Sequence record: SRR20825010_2976
Reading direction: 5' to 3' (one strand)
DNA length: 60,104 nucleotides
How positions within the stretch are numbered: the stretch's first letter is position 1; the number at the start of each line of letters is the position of its first letter. Positions 28,991 through 38,506 of the stretch are shown here, piece by piece. The notes beneath the pieces are model-generated. The model ran no database searches and had not been told where the DNA came from. It saw only the letters and a list, made by a program, of their open reading frames with translations. The position numbers and the translations under genes were made by a program.

Positions 28991-30943
28991 ATGGGAATGC
29001 GTTTGGGGACTTTGGCGCTGGCTCTGGCCGCTGCCGGTGGCGCCGCCTGGGCAGAGGATGAGGCGCACGAGCTGGGGCAAGTGTCCGTGACGGCAGGGGG
29101 GTATGTTCAGCAGGTGGAAGATGCGCCGGCGTCGATCAGTGTCATTGACCGACAGCAGATCGAAGAGCGCTTCTACCAGGACACCACGGACGCCTTGCGT
29201 GATGTCCCGGGCGTGATTGTCACCGGTGGTGGTTCCGGGGATCGCGGTACCGATATCGTGATTCGCGGCATGCCATCCTCCTACACCCTGATCATGGTCG
29301 ATGGTAAGCCGGTGTCCACCCGGGAAAGTCGTCCTAACGGTAGTGCCGGGTTCGAGCAGAGCTGGCTGCCGCCGCTGCAGAGCATTGAGCGCATCGAAGT
29401 GGTTCGTGGCCCCATGTCGACTCTGTATGGCTCCGACGCCATGGGCGGCGTGGTCAACATTATTACCCGTAAGGTTGAGAAAGAGTGGGGCGGCTCCGTA
29501 CAGCTGGACGCCATCATCCAGGATGATTCGCGCTCCGGCGACAGCCAGCAGGGGAACTTCAGCCTGAGTGGGCCGTTGAAAGAAGACCTGCTCGGCCTGC
29601 AAGTCTATGGCGGCTTTTATAACCGCCAGGAAGACCTGTTTGTGGATGGCTATGAACAGAAAGACCTGCGCAACCTGACTGCGAAATTAAGTCTGACTCC
29701 CACCGCAAATCATGATTTTTCTGTGGAAGCGACCCGTACCCAGGACAGCCGCCAGGGGCTGATGGGGCGCAGTGCTGCGTCTACAGGTTGTCGCGGTGGC
29801 TGTACCGACAGCTTTAATGACCATAACCGTGAATCGTTCGCGCTGACCCACACAGGTCGTTGGGCCATTGGTACGTCCGATACCTATATTCAGCAAGAGA
29901 AAGCGGAAAATGAAAGCCGCGAAATGACCATCACCAATACCAATGCCAAGACGGCGCTGGTGATGCCGATGGGTAATCATATGGTGACGGTAGGCGCCGA
30001 TTTCACGGAAGAGAAGCTGGACGACAAAACCTCCAACCGGATTTCCGATCGTACTAACATTGAGTCATCAAAGTACGCCCTGTTTGCGGAAGACGAGTGG
30101 ATGCTGACCGATACCTTCTCGGTCACTGCAGGGGCCCGCATGGATGATGATGAGAATTTCGGCACCCATGTTAGTCCGCGCTTGTATGGTGTGTGGGGAT
30201 TCAGCCCGCGATGGACCGTGAAGGGTGGTGTTTCCACTGGCTTTCGCTCTCCGTCGCTGCGTGAACTGACGCCGGATTGGGGGCAGGTGAGCCGTGGTGG
30301 GAACATCTATGGTAACCCGGACCTGGAACCGGAAACCTCGGTTAACCAGGAACTGGGCCTGTACTTCAACGCTGGCCGGGCACTGATGGCCAACGTGACC
30401 GTGTTCCATAATGACTTCAAGGACAAGATTACCCGGATTACCTGCCCCATCAGCATCTGCCCGGACGGTCCGAATCAGTTCGGTTCCGATCCTACCTACC
30501 GGGTGAATGTGGACGAAGCGGAAACCCAGGGGGTGGAAGCGGCGCTGTCCACCACGTTGGCGCGGGTGGTGTCCATCAACCTGAGTTATACCTATACCGA
30601 TTCCGAACAGAAATCCGGGGAATACAAAGGCGAGCCGCTGACTCAGTTGCCGGAACACCTGGCCAGTCTGAACGTGGATTGGCAAGCGACAGATACCGTC
30701 TCGCCCTGGGCGACCGTGCGCTATCGTGGTAAGGAAAGCCAGCCGACCACAGGGCCGTCCAGCAGCGCTATCATTGCGCCGTCCAATACGCTGGTCGATG
30801 CCGGTATTGGTTTCCAGCTGACACCGCAAACCAAACTCAATACGGGGATATATAACCTGGCCGACAAGGAAATCTTCTACGATGAATATGGCTACGTGGA
30901 AGATGGCCGGCGTTACTGGCTGGGGGTGGTAACCAACTTCTGA
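28991..30943 (+). CDS. TonB-dependent outer-membrane receptor (CirA/IrgA/FepA-like)
   Basis: Signal peptide; VSVTAGG, APASISVI, IERIEVVRGPMSTLYGSDAMGGVVNIIT, GNPDLEPETS, GRRYWLG..F C-terminus. Confidence 0.95.
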   Translation: MGMRLGTLALALAAAGGAAWAEDEAHELGQVSVTAGGYVQQVEDAPASISVIDRQQIEERFYQDTTDALRDVPGVIVTGGGSGDRGTDIVIRGMPSSYTLIMVDGKPVSTRESRPNGSAGFEQSWLPPLQSIERIEVVRGPMSTLYGSDAMGGVVNIITRKVEKEWGGSVQLDAIIQDDSRSGDSQQGNFSLSGPLKEDLLGLQVYGGFYNRQEDLFVDGYEQKDLRNLTAKLSLTPTANHDFSVEATRTQDSRQGLMGRSAASTGCRGGCTDSFNDHNRESFALTHTGRWAIGTSDTYIQQEKAENESREMTITNTNAKTALVMPMGNHMVTVGADFTEEKLDDKTSNRISDRTNIESSKYALFAEDEWMLTDTFSVTAGARMDDDENFGTHVSPRLYGVWGFSPRWTVKGGVSTGFRSPSLRELTPDWGQVSRGGNIYGNPDLEPETSVNQELGLYFNAGRALMANVTVFHNDFKDKITRITCPISICPDGPNQFGSDPTYRVNVDEAETQGVEAALSTTLARVVSINLSYTYTDSEQKSGEYKGEPLTQLPEHLASLNVDWQATDTVSPWATVRYRGKESQPTTGPSSSAIIAPSNTLVDAGIGFQLTPQTKLNTGIYNLADKEIFYDEYGYVEDGRRYWLGVVTNF

Positions 30944-30972
30944 TGTGCGCTTGAGGTATCAGTACCTTATAG

Positions 30973-31009
30973 AAACAACAACGCCGGCGAATGCCGGCGT
31001 TGTTGTTTT
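30973..31009. terminator. Bidirectional terminator
   Basis: aaacaacaacgccggc-gaat-gccggcgttgttgttt, 16-bp perfect stem. Confidence 0.8.
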
Positions 31010-31022
31010 GCTGCGCTCAGGA

Positions 31023-31439
31023 TTACATTTTTTCCTGAATGCGCGTGCGGAAGTCCGCATCGTACTGGGCCAGTTGGGCAATCTGGTTATAGGTGCTCAA
31101 TTCCAGGCCACTGTCCTTAACGGCTTCCACCATTTTTTCCTGTGCTTCTTTCTGCACTTTCATGGCTTCCTCAGGCTTGTCTTTTTTCGCCTGCAGTTCC
31201 TTGGAATATTTCTGCTGGATGCCGGACATGTCCTTCTGCGCATCGGCAAACGCATCGAGCTGTTTGTCACTGAACTCAGACGCCTTGGGCAACTGCTGCA
31301 TTTGCTGTTGCTGCATCTGTTGCTGCTGCTGAGCCTGTGGGGTTTGAGATGCGGAGGCGCCAGGTTGCTGCGCGGCTACCGTGCCAGTGAATGTCGCGGA
31401 AATCATCAGGGCGCCGAGCGCCATCATCCGTTTGCTCAT
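31023..31439 (-). CDS. DUF4168-domain exported protein with Gln-rich linker
   Basis: Signal peptide, poly-Q, FSDKQLDAFADA..MVEAVKDSGLELSTYNQIA. Confidence 0.82.
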   Translation of the reverse strand: MSKRMMALGALMISATFTGTVAAQQPGASASQTPQAQQQQQMQQQQMQQLPKASEFSDKQLDAFADAQKDMSGIQQKYSKELQAKKDKPEEAMKVQKEAQEKMVEAVKDSGLELSTYNQIAQLAQYDADFRTRIQEKM

Positions 31440-31731
31440 GCTTCATCTCCTTGTCAATCGCCCCGAAATTGCCGGGGATTACGGTGTTACCGAAAAGTGG
31501 CCGAAGCCAAAATACGGCGGCACTGGGAACTCCGACCGTCGTCAGCGTGTAAGTTCGGCCTGAAATGTTAAATCGTGATTCACAGTGAAGCAGTTCGCGT
31601 ATGCGCTGTGGAACAGGCAGGGCTCGTCGACCAGACAGTGCTTTCAATTCAGGTCGTAAATCGTTTCAATGAAGTCAGGTGTCGGCTGCTGGAACGCGGC
31701 GGCCTATAACAATCATAATGAGGAGAGCAGG

Positions 31732-32259
31732 ATGCCGAGTTCATTCCCTTTGTCTGCCCGCCATATTGCGCGTGGTGCAGTATCGATTGGCTTGTTGGCC
31801 GGTGCGGTAGCCGTGCAGGCGGAAATGTATGCGGGTGCCCAGGTCAACCTGATGAAAATTGACCGTGGTGCGGTCAGCGACGCGGAACTCACTGCGCTGA
31901 CGTTGCGTGGCGGCATGGTGTTGCACGAGCTGGTCAGTGCGGAACTGCGCCTGGGGGCCGGGCTAAGTGATGATTCCTACCGCAATATCGATGTGGAAAA
32001 CGACTTTTTCTATGGCGCCTATGCGCGGTTGACCCCGCCGCTGGAAGGTCCGCTCCAGCCGTATCTGATTGGCGGCTACGGGTATGTGGAGAATGATATC
32101 AACGGTAGCACCCAGCGTGATGACGGTAGCTCCTACGGGGGCGGCTTCGACTTGGGCGTGGGTCAGCACTCCACGCTGAATGTGGAATATCTGCGTCTGG
32201 TCGACAACGATTTCGGCAAGCAGGAGCTGATTGGCTTGGGTGTTAATTACGCGTTCTGA
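31732..32259 (+). CDS. Small outer-membrane beta-barrel (OmpA-like membrane domain)
   Basis: Signal peptide ending VQA; SAELRLGAG, PYLIGGYG, SYGGG, terminal YAF. Confidence 0.85.
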   Translation: MPSSFPLSARHIARGAVSIGLLAGAVAVQAEMYAGAQVNLMKIDRGAVSDAELTALTLRGGMVLHELVSAELRLGAGLSDDSYRNIDVENDFFYGAYARLTPPLEGPLQPYLIGGYGYVENDINGSTQRDDGSSYGGGFDLGVGQHSTLNVEYLRLVDNDFGKQELIGLGVNYAF

Positions 32260-32416
32260 TAGCGTACGACGGGGTGGGGCGATGGCAGCGACCTGGCGTC
32301 GTGCCATGTCGTCCATATCCCGTTTTGTTATAAAAGTATCACTATATATTCCTTTATATTCTTCCTTGAGTTCCTATCATGGCACCTCGACATTCCCGTT
32401 TGAGGTGCTGTAGATC

Positions 32417-33127
32417 ATGGGTAGTGCACAGCTGATTACACGTTTTGGTGACAATACTGCCGGCCTGTCCAAAGAGACGCTGGAGGAACTGAACCGTGTC
32501 TATCGCCCGCTGAGCTTTGCGGAGCGCATTCGTCGTGTCTACGGGGATTTTCCGCCGGATCGCATCATGGTGACCTCGTCTTTTGCGGCGACTTCTGCGT
32601 ATTTCCTGCACATTATTTCGACCATCCGTCCTGAGCAGCCGGTGCATTTTATCGATACCGGTTACCACTTTGCGGATACCCTGAAGTACCGGGATTATCT
32701 GGTCGAGAAGTTTGGTCTGCAGGTAGTCGATGTGACCCCGGACCCGGATCATCACCAGGTGTCCCAGGAAAACCGTATGTGGGAAACCGATCCAGACCTG
32801 TGCTGCCAGGTGAACAAGGTCAACCCGCTGGAAGAAGCCAAGGAAGACTACGATCTGTGGATTTCCAGCCTGATGGGGTGGCAGACCGAACACCGTGCCG
32901 GCCTGGAAGTGTTCGAAGAACGTCGGGGCATGATCAAGTTCAATCCGATGATTGATGTCACCAAGGAACAGCGTGACGCCTATATCAAGGAGCACGACTT
33001 GCCGTTTCACCCGCTGGTGGAGCAAGGGTTCGACTCTATTGGCTGCAGCCACTGCACCTTCAAGGGCGAAGGCCGTGAAGGGCGCTGGAAAGGCAACAAG
33101 AAAACCGAGTGCGGCATTCACATGTAA
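32417..33127 (+). CDS. cysH: APS/PAPS reductase
   Basis: TSSF, FIDTGYHF, DPDLCC..KV, SIGCSHCT, REGRW..KTECGIH. Confidence 0.9.
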   Translation: MGSAQLITRFGDNTAGLSKETLEELNRVYRPLSFAERIRRVYGDFPPDRIMVTSSFAATSAYFLHIISTIRPEQPVHFIDTGYHFADTLKYRDYLVEKFGLQVVDVTPDPDHHQVSQENRMWETDPDLCCQVNKVNPLEEAKEDYDLWISSLMGWQTEHRAGLEVFEERRGMIKFNPMIDVTKEQRDAYIKEHDLPFHPLVEQGFDSIGCSHCTFKGEGREGRWKGNKKTECGIHM

Positions 33128-33153
33128 TGATGCCCATCACGATGGCGAACTAC

Positions 33154-33183
33154 AAAAAGCCCCGCAATTGCGGGGCTTTTTTT
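33154..33183. terminator. Bidirectional terminator
   Basis: aaaaagccccgca-at-tgcggggctttttt. Confidence 0.85.
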
Positions 33184-33226
33184 GTGGTTCGTCGCGTGCT
33201 TGAGTAGGCGTTATCAAGTCATGCGG

Positions 33227-34075
33227 TCATGCGGCTGAGCCCTTGTCGTAGCCATCCACATCGCCAATCAGGCTGTCCATTTCTGCCAGAAACTCGCGGT
33301 TGTCGTGATCCCAGGGGTGGAAGCCGGGTTTGAACCAGTCCAGCCAGGGAATGATCACCCGCCGTAACCCGCCGGGCTTGAGCCACTGGAATCTGAATGA
33401 CGTCCACCAGTCTTTCAGGCTGAACAGCTTGCCGGTCTTGTACATGTTGATCACATAGAACGGATAAAACAGCGAGAAGAAAATCACCGTGGCCAATACC
33501 AGCCCGCCGGCGCGAAGCAGCCAGGATTTGACGCCTCTGCCGAAGGCGCTGATAAAGACATCGAAGGCCACTGCCTTGTGTTCCGTTTCTTCCAGTGCAT
33601 GCCAATGCCAGAGCTTTTGGTATTGCGGGTCCGAGCCATCAATCAGCTCTGGCTCACGCAGCAGAACATCGGCCAGAATGGCCGTGAGATGTTCCAGCGC
33701 CACGGTGGCGGAAAGTTGCATGGCATTGGGCAGGTAACGGGCAATCAGGCTTAGCAGCCGGGTAACGATGGCCTCCTGTTTATCCACCGGTAAACCGGCG
33801 GCGACCATCTTCTGGTTGTAGTCCTCGTGCTCGCGGCCGTGCATGGCTTCCTGGCCGATGAAATTGCGCACGGCTTCCTGTAATTCAGGGTCATCGATTT
33901 GGTCGCGGTATTTGCGCACGCTGTTGATGAAGAAACGCTCTCCCTCCGGGAAAAACAGCGAGAGGGTATTGAAGAACTGGGAAATACCCGGGCCCTTGTC
34001 GTGCCAGTTCAGAACGGTGTCGTCCGGCACATGGAATTTCAGGTTGCGGCGGACGGGCATGATGTGCATTTTCAT
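33227..34075 (-). CDS. Predicted metal-dependent hydrolase (ferritin-like, ExxH motifs)
   Basis: FPEGERFFI, FIGQEAMHGREH, TVALEHLTA, WHALEETEHKAVAFD, PGFHPW; start 34075 or 34096. Confidence 0.85.
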   Translation of the reverse strand: MKMHIMPVRRNLKFHVPDDTVLNWHDKGPGISQFFNTLSLFFPEGERFFINSVRKYRDQIDDPELQEAVRNFIGQEAMHGREHEDYNQKMVAAGLPVDKQEAIVTRLLSLIARYLPNAMQLSATVALEHLTAILADVLLREPELIDGSDPQYQKLWHWHALEETEHKAVAFDVFISAFGRGVKSWLLRAGGLVLATVIFFSLFYPFYVINMYKTGKLFSLKDWWTSFRFQWLKPGGLRRVIIPWLDWFKPGFHPWDHDNREFLAEMDSLIGDVDGYDKGSAA

Positions 34076-34233
34076 TGTTATATCACCTTTATCCATGGTC
34101 CTGCCTTCTACTAAACGCCTGTTGCTGCTGAATTACAATTACACTGTGACAGTCAGATACGTAATTGAAACAATGGCGGGATAAACGGTGCGTCAGCGAC
34201 AGTCAGGCAGTAACGGTGAGGGTTGAAACAGCG

Positions 34234-34641
34234 ATGCGAATGGGGTGGCGGCTCTGGCTCAGTGCGGTGGTGTGTATGGTGGCGATCGCCAGTGCCTTTC
34301 ATGTGTTTTTGCTGGATCGGGTGGGCGTGCCTGACAATGGTCTGCGGGTGACGGAGGTGGCACGCGATGGTGGCCGGGATTGGGTCATACGGCTATATGG
34401 CAGCGTGGGGCCAGACGCGCAGCGGCGGCGCTGGCAGGCGGTCGATGACAATTATCGCATTGATATCGAGCGCCGGGGTGACGAGGGGTTTGTGCTGGAT
34501 ATTGCCTACCGACCTGGCTCGCAAAGGCGTCACCGGGTGCGTCAGCGGGTACGCCTGGCTGAAGGCCCCACCTTGGTGGCGGCATTCGGGCAGGCGTCGG
34601 ATGACGGCGAAACCCGCATTATTCTTGATCGGGTGAAATAA
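34234..34641 (+). CDS. Hypothetical membrane-anchored protein
   Basis: N-terminal hydrophobic helix, 135 aa; 23-bp tail-to-tail overlap with the MFS gene. Confidence 0.55.
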   Translation: MRMGWRLWLSAVVCMVAIASAFHVFLLDRVGVPDNGLRVTEVARDGGRDWVIRLYGSVGPDAQRRRWQAVDDNYRIDIERRGDEGFVLDIAYRPGSQRRHRVRQRVRLAEGPTLVAAFGQASDDGETRIILDRVK

Positions 34642-36193
34642 CCACCGCTGGTGCCGCCTCCCGGGCGCTGTCGTTAGCATCATTCGGTGTGCGCCGTAGC
34701 ATGACCACGACCCCCACCGCTGTCAGCGCCAGTATCACGGCACCGATGGCGGCATTGGCATGCAAGGCCAGATTGAAGCCGGCTTTGGCCGCTGCCATGA
34801 GCGGTTGAGCGATGTCGTCAGGTAGCTGGGCGGCGGCACCGATCGCGCCGCCCAGGGTGTCGCCTGCCGCCAGGGCGAGCGTGTCGCTTAACCCCCTGGG
34901 CATGGCTGTCAGCATGTGGCTGCGGTACAGCGCTGCGCCAATACTGCCAATCACGGCGATACCCAGCGCCATGCCCAGTTCGGTAGCGGTTTCTGATGTA
35001 GCAGAGGCCGCTCCGGCCTTGCGGGCCGGAGCGGCACTGACCACCATATCGGTGCCGAGAATCATCATTGGCATGACGCCAATGCCCATGATGGTCATGC
35101 CTGCAATCAGCAGGGGAATATGCGACGGGTTTTGCACCGGTAGCATTAACAGCAGGCCGGTCGATGCCATCACCAGTCCTGCACTGACCAGCTTCCAATG
35201 GGGCAGTCGGCTCGCCAGCCTTGGTACCAGTAATGAGGCGGCGGTTTGCAGCACGGCAGGCGGCAGCATCACCAGCCCGGACTCCAGCGGTGACAGATCC
35301 AGCACCCCTTGCAGGTACTGAAAGACCATCAACCAGGCACCGGACAGCGCCAGAATGGTTAGCAGCATGGCGGCAACAGAGGTGCTGAAGGTGCGATTGG
35401 CAAACAACGCCAGATCAAACATGGGGTCTGTCAGGCGCCGCTGACGGCGCACGAAAATCACCCCGATGAGTAATCCTGCGGCGATGGTGATCAGCGGCAT
35501 TGCGGAGATGCCGTTGCGCGCCATGTCCTTGAGGCCGTAAATCACAGCCAGCACCATGGCCACGGATAACAGGGCGCTGGTCCAGTCCTGGGCGCCGGCC
35601 TCTTCATCCCGGAATTCTGGCAACAGCAGGGGACCACAAATCAGTAGCAACACCATCACTGGCACACCGAGCAGGAACACCGAACCCCACCAGAAAAATT
35701 CCAGCAACGCGCCACCGACCAACGGGCCGATGGCGCTGCCCACGATAAAGCCGGTCATCCAGACAGTGATGGCCAGGGTGCGTTCGTGCTCGACCTGGAA
35801 CATGTTGCGCAGCAGCGACAGGGTGGAGGGCATCAGCGTGGCCCCGGCAATGCCGAGCAGGGCGCGGGTGGCAATCAGCATTTCTGCGCTGGTAGCAAAG
35901 GCCGCCATGGCAGAAGCAATACCAAAGGCGGTGGCACCGGTCAGCAGCAGGCGCCGCCGGCCAATCCGGTCGCCCAGCGTGCCCATGGTCACCAGAAACC
36001 CGGCGATCATGAAGCCGTAGATATCCAGTATCCACAGCAGCTCCGCGCTGGTGGGTTGCAAGTCAGCGCTGAGATGAGGGGCGGCCAGATGTAGCACGGT
36101 CATATCCAGTGCCAGTAGTACGGTGGGCAGCATCAAAACAGCAAGCCCCAGCCACTCGCGGCGGGTAGCGGGTTGGGAAACGGTAGACATCAT
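34619..36193 (-). CDS. MFS drug:H+ antiporter (DHA2, 14 TM)
   Basis: LDMTVL, WILDIY, GTLGDRIGRRR, RALLGIAGATLMPSTLS, GPLVGG, ELGMALGIA. Confidence 0.93.
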   Translation of the reverse strand: MMSTVSQPATRREWLGLAVLMLPTVLLALDMTVLHLAAPHLSADLQPTSAELLWILDIYGFMIAGFLVTMGTLGDRIGRRRLLLTGATAFGIASAMAAFATSAEMLIATRALLGIAGATLMPSTLSLLRNMFQVEHERTLAITVWMTGFIVGSAIGPLVGGALLEFFWWGSVFLLGVPVMVLLLICGPLLLPEFRDEEAGAQDWTSALLSVAMVLAVIYGLKDMARNGISAMPLITIAAGLLIGVIFVRRQRRLTDPMFDLALFANRTFSTSVAAMLLTILALSGAWLMVFQYLQGVLDLSPLESGLVMLPPAVLQTAASLLVPRLASRLPHWKLVSAGLVMASTGLLLMLPVQNPSHIPLLIAGMTIMGIGVMPMMILGTDMVVSAAPARKAGAASATSETATELGMALGIAVIGSIGAALYRSHMLTAMPRGLSDTLALAAGDTLGGAIGAAAQLPDDIAQPLMAAAKAGFNLALHANAAIGAVILALTAVGVVVMLRRTPNDANDSAREAAPAVVISPDQE

Positions 36194-36271
36194 CTTTCCT
36201 CGTAACAGGGGCTCTATCTGGTCGTTCCTGCTGCCGGGTTTTCGACACGGTGATGCGTGAAACGAAACAGC

Positions 36272-36302
36272 AGCCTAAAGCCTCAACCTGACTTGAGGTC
36301 AA
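36272..36302 (-). promoter_or_regulatory. SoxR-type promoter with 19-bp spacer
   Basis: Minus strand TTGACC-N19-TAGGCT containing CCTCAAGTCAGGTTGAGG (36281-36298), close to the SoxR box CCTCAAGTTAACTTGAGG. Confidence 0.85.
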
Positions 36303-36540
36303 TAGCTGCATTCATGGGTGAGGCGTGCGGAGGCGAGTTAGGACCTGCAAGTGAAAAATGGGTTTCATGAGTCTGAAAAAGAAAATATCGCCCGCCTGTT
36401 GAGTGGGCAAAGCGATCATTTTCCACCGGAACCGGCTCTGGACGGTAGCCTGTCGCGTGAACTCCAGTGCAGCCGCGCAGCGGCATAAAATAGGGCGCCA
36501 GATGGCGCCCCGGGCTCTCCCGATTAGCGTGTGTGGGGAA

Positions 36541-37509
36541 TTACAGCCCCCGGTTTTTCAAACGGTTGGCGTGCTGACGAAAGACACTGGCCGGATTGGT
36601 TTCAAAGGGACTGACCAGGCCGGCCACCTGATTGACTTCATCAAGATGGTTCATGCGGTAATCGTCACGGATCACCAGCCCCAGATGGCTGGAGCAGCTG
36701 GAAACCAGACCGTCATTTTTTTCGCCCAGATAGAGCAGGGCAAGCAGGCCCATGCCGGCGTCGCTGATGTCCAGCACGTTGGTCAGCGGTTTGGCGCCGG
36801 ACCAGGAGTAGTAGCTGACACCGTTGCTGCCTTGTTCCGGGGCTTCGCCGCAGGCCTGTTGGGGTAGCCCTTCCGGGTAGAGGCTGTTGAATTCGCTGCT
36901 GCCCTTTGTGGAAAGGGAATACAGCGCCGCCAGGGAGTCCTGGTCGTATCCGCCGCCGGAAATCAGGTCGAGAAAGCCGACCGCCGCGTTGACGATGTCA
37001 CCGAGAAGTTCGGCGGTGAGCGGCAGGTTTTCCTGTACGCCCAGCAGGACATCGGCCATGCGTGCACCGGTGTGCGGCCCGGCTACAGAGGTGGCAGAGG
37101 CGACATACTGTGGGTAAACGGAGGCCACATAACGTACCGTTGGGCCGCCATGGCTGTGCCCGATCAGGTTCACTTTCTGCGCGCCAGTGGCGGCGAGAAT
37201 ATCCTCGACCTGCCGGGCCAGCTGTTCGCCGCGCACTTCGGTGCTGTTGGCGGCGGCAACCTGGGTCACATAGACTTCGGCACCGCTACGACGCAGTTCT
37301 TCCGGGATCCGGTACCAGTAGTTGTAGCCGACGATATCGTCGAAACCGAATAAACCATGACTGAGAACAATGGGATAACGGGTTTCGGTGTAGGTATCCT
37401 TGAATAGCCAGTCAAACCAGCCTGCCTGGGCGGGCATACTCATTGATAGGCTTAACAGGAACAGCATAAGGCTCAACGCTCTGGTGAGCGCCTTGAAGGG
37501 AATAGTCAT
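36541..37509 (-). CDS. lipA: Secreted triacylglycerol lipase (family I.1)
   Basis: Signal peptide ending AQA; YPIVLSHGLFG, VRGEQL, GHSHGG, NDGLV..CSSHLG, MNHLDEVNQ, HANRLK. Confidence 0.93.
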   Translation of the reverse strand: MTIPFKALTRALSLMLFLLSLSMSMPAQAGWFDWLFKDTYTETRYPIVLSHGLFGFDDIVGYNYWYRIPEELRRSGAEVYVTQVAAANSTEVRGEQLARQVEDILAATGAQKVNLIGHSHGGPTVRYVASVYPQYVASATSVAGPHTGARMADVLLGVQENLPLTAELLGDIVNAAVGFLDLISGGGYDQDSLAALYSLSTKGSSEFNSLYPEGLPQQACGEAPEQGSNGVSYYSWSGAKPLTNVLDISDAGMGLLALLYLGEKNDGLVSSCSSHLGLVIRDDYRMNHLDEVNQVAGLVSPFETNPASVFRQHANRLKNRGL

Positions 37510-37613
37510 TGTGTTTTACCTGGCTCGTTATTGTTATCGGCGGTACTGCCGTTTCTGCGCCGAGCGTTCCCTGGTCAGGGGTGTGAATACCTTAAGGTAG
37601 ATGAAATTAAAAG

Positions 37614-37770
37614 TTAACACTGGTGTTAATATTGATATGTTATAAGACGATGCCTTTCCAGTGTTAACTGTGCACGGTCTTTTATTGTTAATTATTTTCT
37701 TTAAAAACAGCGGTTTGTATTGAGTTTATGGTTATAGCGCGAAATATCTGTAAGGTAACGCTGGTGTTAA
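37614..37770. promoter_or_regulatory. Repeated TTAACAC-N2-GTGTTAA operators
   Basis: Perfect site 37614-37629, half site ccagtgttaac 37658-37668, near-perfect gtaacgctggtgttaa 37755-37770, in the AT-rich lipA/tetR gap. Confidence 0.7.
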
Positions 37771-37785
37771 TAAAGGCGATTGGTG

Positions 37786-38457
37786 ATGAGTGAGAGAGCG
37801 GCGCAGCGTCGGGGGAGCGTAGCGGGCAACAGCAAGGCTGAAGCAACACGTGCGCGGATTCTGGCGGCGGGACGTACGGTCTATGGCGAACAGGGTATGC
37901 ATGGCACCACCGTGCAACGAATACTCAAGGAAGCGGGTATTTCCAGGCCGACCTTCTATAAGTATTTCGCCTCTGCGCTCGAGGTGATTGATGAGATTGT
38001 GCAAAGCTGCAATACAGAAGTGGAAGGCTTGTTTTTGAAAGTGTTCGCCCAGCCTCAGAGCGCCTTCTATGATTATCTGCCGGTGGCGCTGAGTGGATAT
38101 TTGAACTGGGGGCGCTCATTGGGGCCATTGATGATTGCCCGCTTTCGGGAGTTGCATGATGTGTCCTCGCCGGTATCGCGTTACCGTGATGCGCATAACG
38201 AGCGCATTGTCATGATTCTCCACGAAGCCATGAAGGCCCATGGCCGTACGCCACCGGATAGCCTGGCGCTAAAAACCCTGGTGCAGGGCATCGAGCATCT
38301 GGGGTACCAGTTCTGTGCGGAAGCAGAACATACGGACATGCCCCGCTATATCACCGTTATGGCCCGCTTGTGTGTGAGCATGCTGGGGCAGCGTGAAGAT
38401 TGGGAGGCCATGCTGGCCTCTCCGTTCTTTAGTCGGCTTATGGCGCTGGAGGGTTAA
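37786..38457 (+). CDS. TetR/AcrR-family regulator
   Basis: TRARILAAG..GTTVQRILKEAGISRPTFYKYF. Confidence 0.88.
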   Translation: MSERAAQRRGSVAGNSKAEATRARILAAGRTVYGEQGMHGTTVQRILKEAGISRPTFYKYFASALEVIDEIVQSCNTEVEGLFLKVFAQPQSAFYDYLPVALSGYLNWGRSLGPLMIARFRELHDVSSPVSRYRDAHNERIVMILHEAMKAHGRTPPDSLALKTLVQGIEHLGYQFCAEAEHTDMPRYITVMARLCVSMLGQREDWEAMLASPFFSRLMALEG

Positions 38458-38506
38458 GCTGCCCATCAGTGACGTTGTCACGGCATGAAATAAAAAGGAG
38501 AAAATC

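Noticed and set aside
31290..31335. CAG/CAA-rich repeat
   Set aside because: Encodes the poly-Gln linker of the DUF4168 protein; not a separate DNA element
31526..31556. GAACTT..GTCGGA sigmaE-like promoter for the DUF4168 gene
   Set aside because: Spacer is shorter than consensus and the -10 match is weak
34619..34641. Tail-to-tail overlap of the hypothetical gene and the MFS gene as a toxin-antitoxin or antisense system
   Set aside because: Short convergent overlaps are common; no other support
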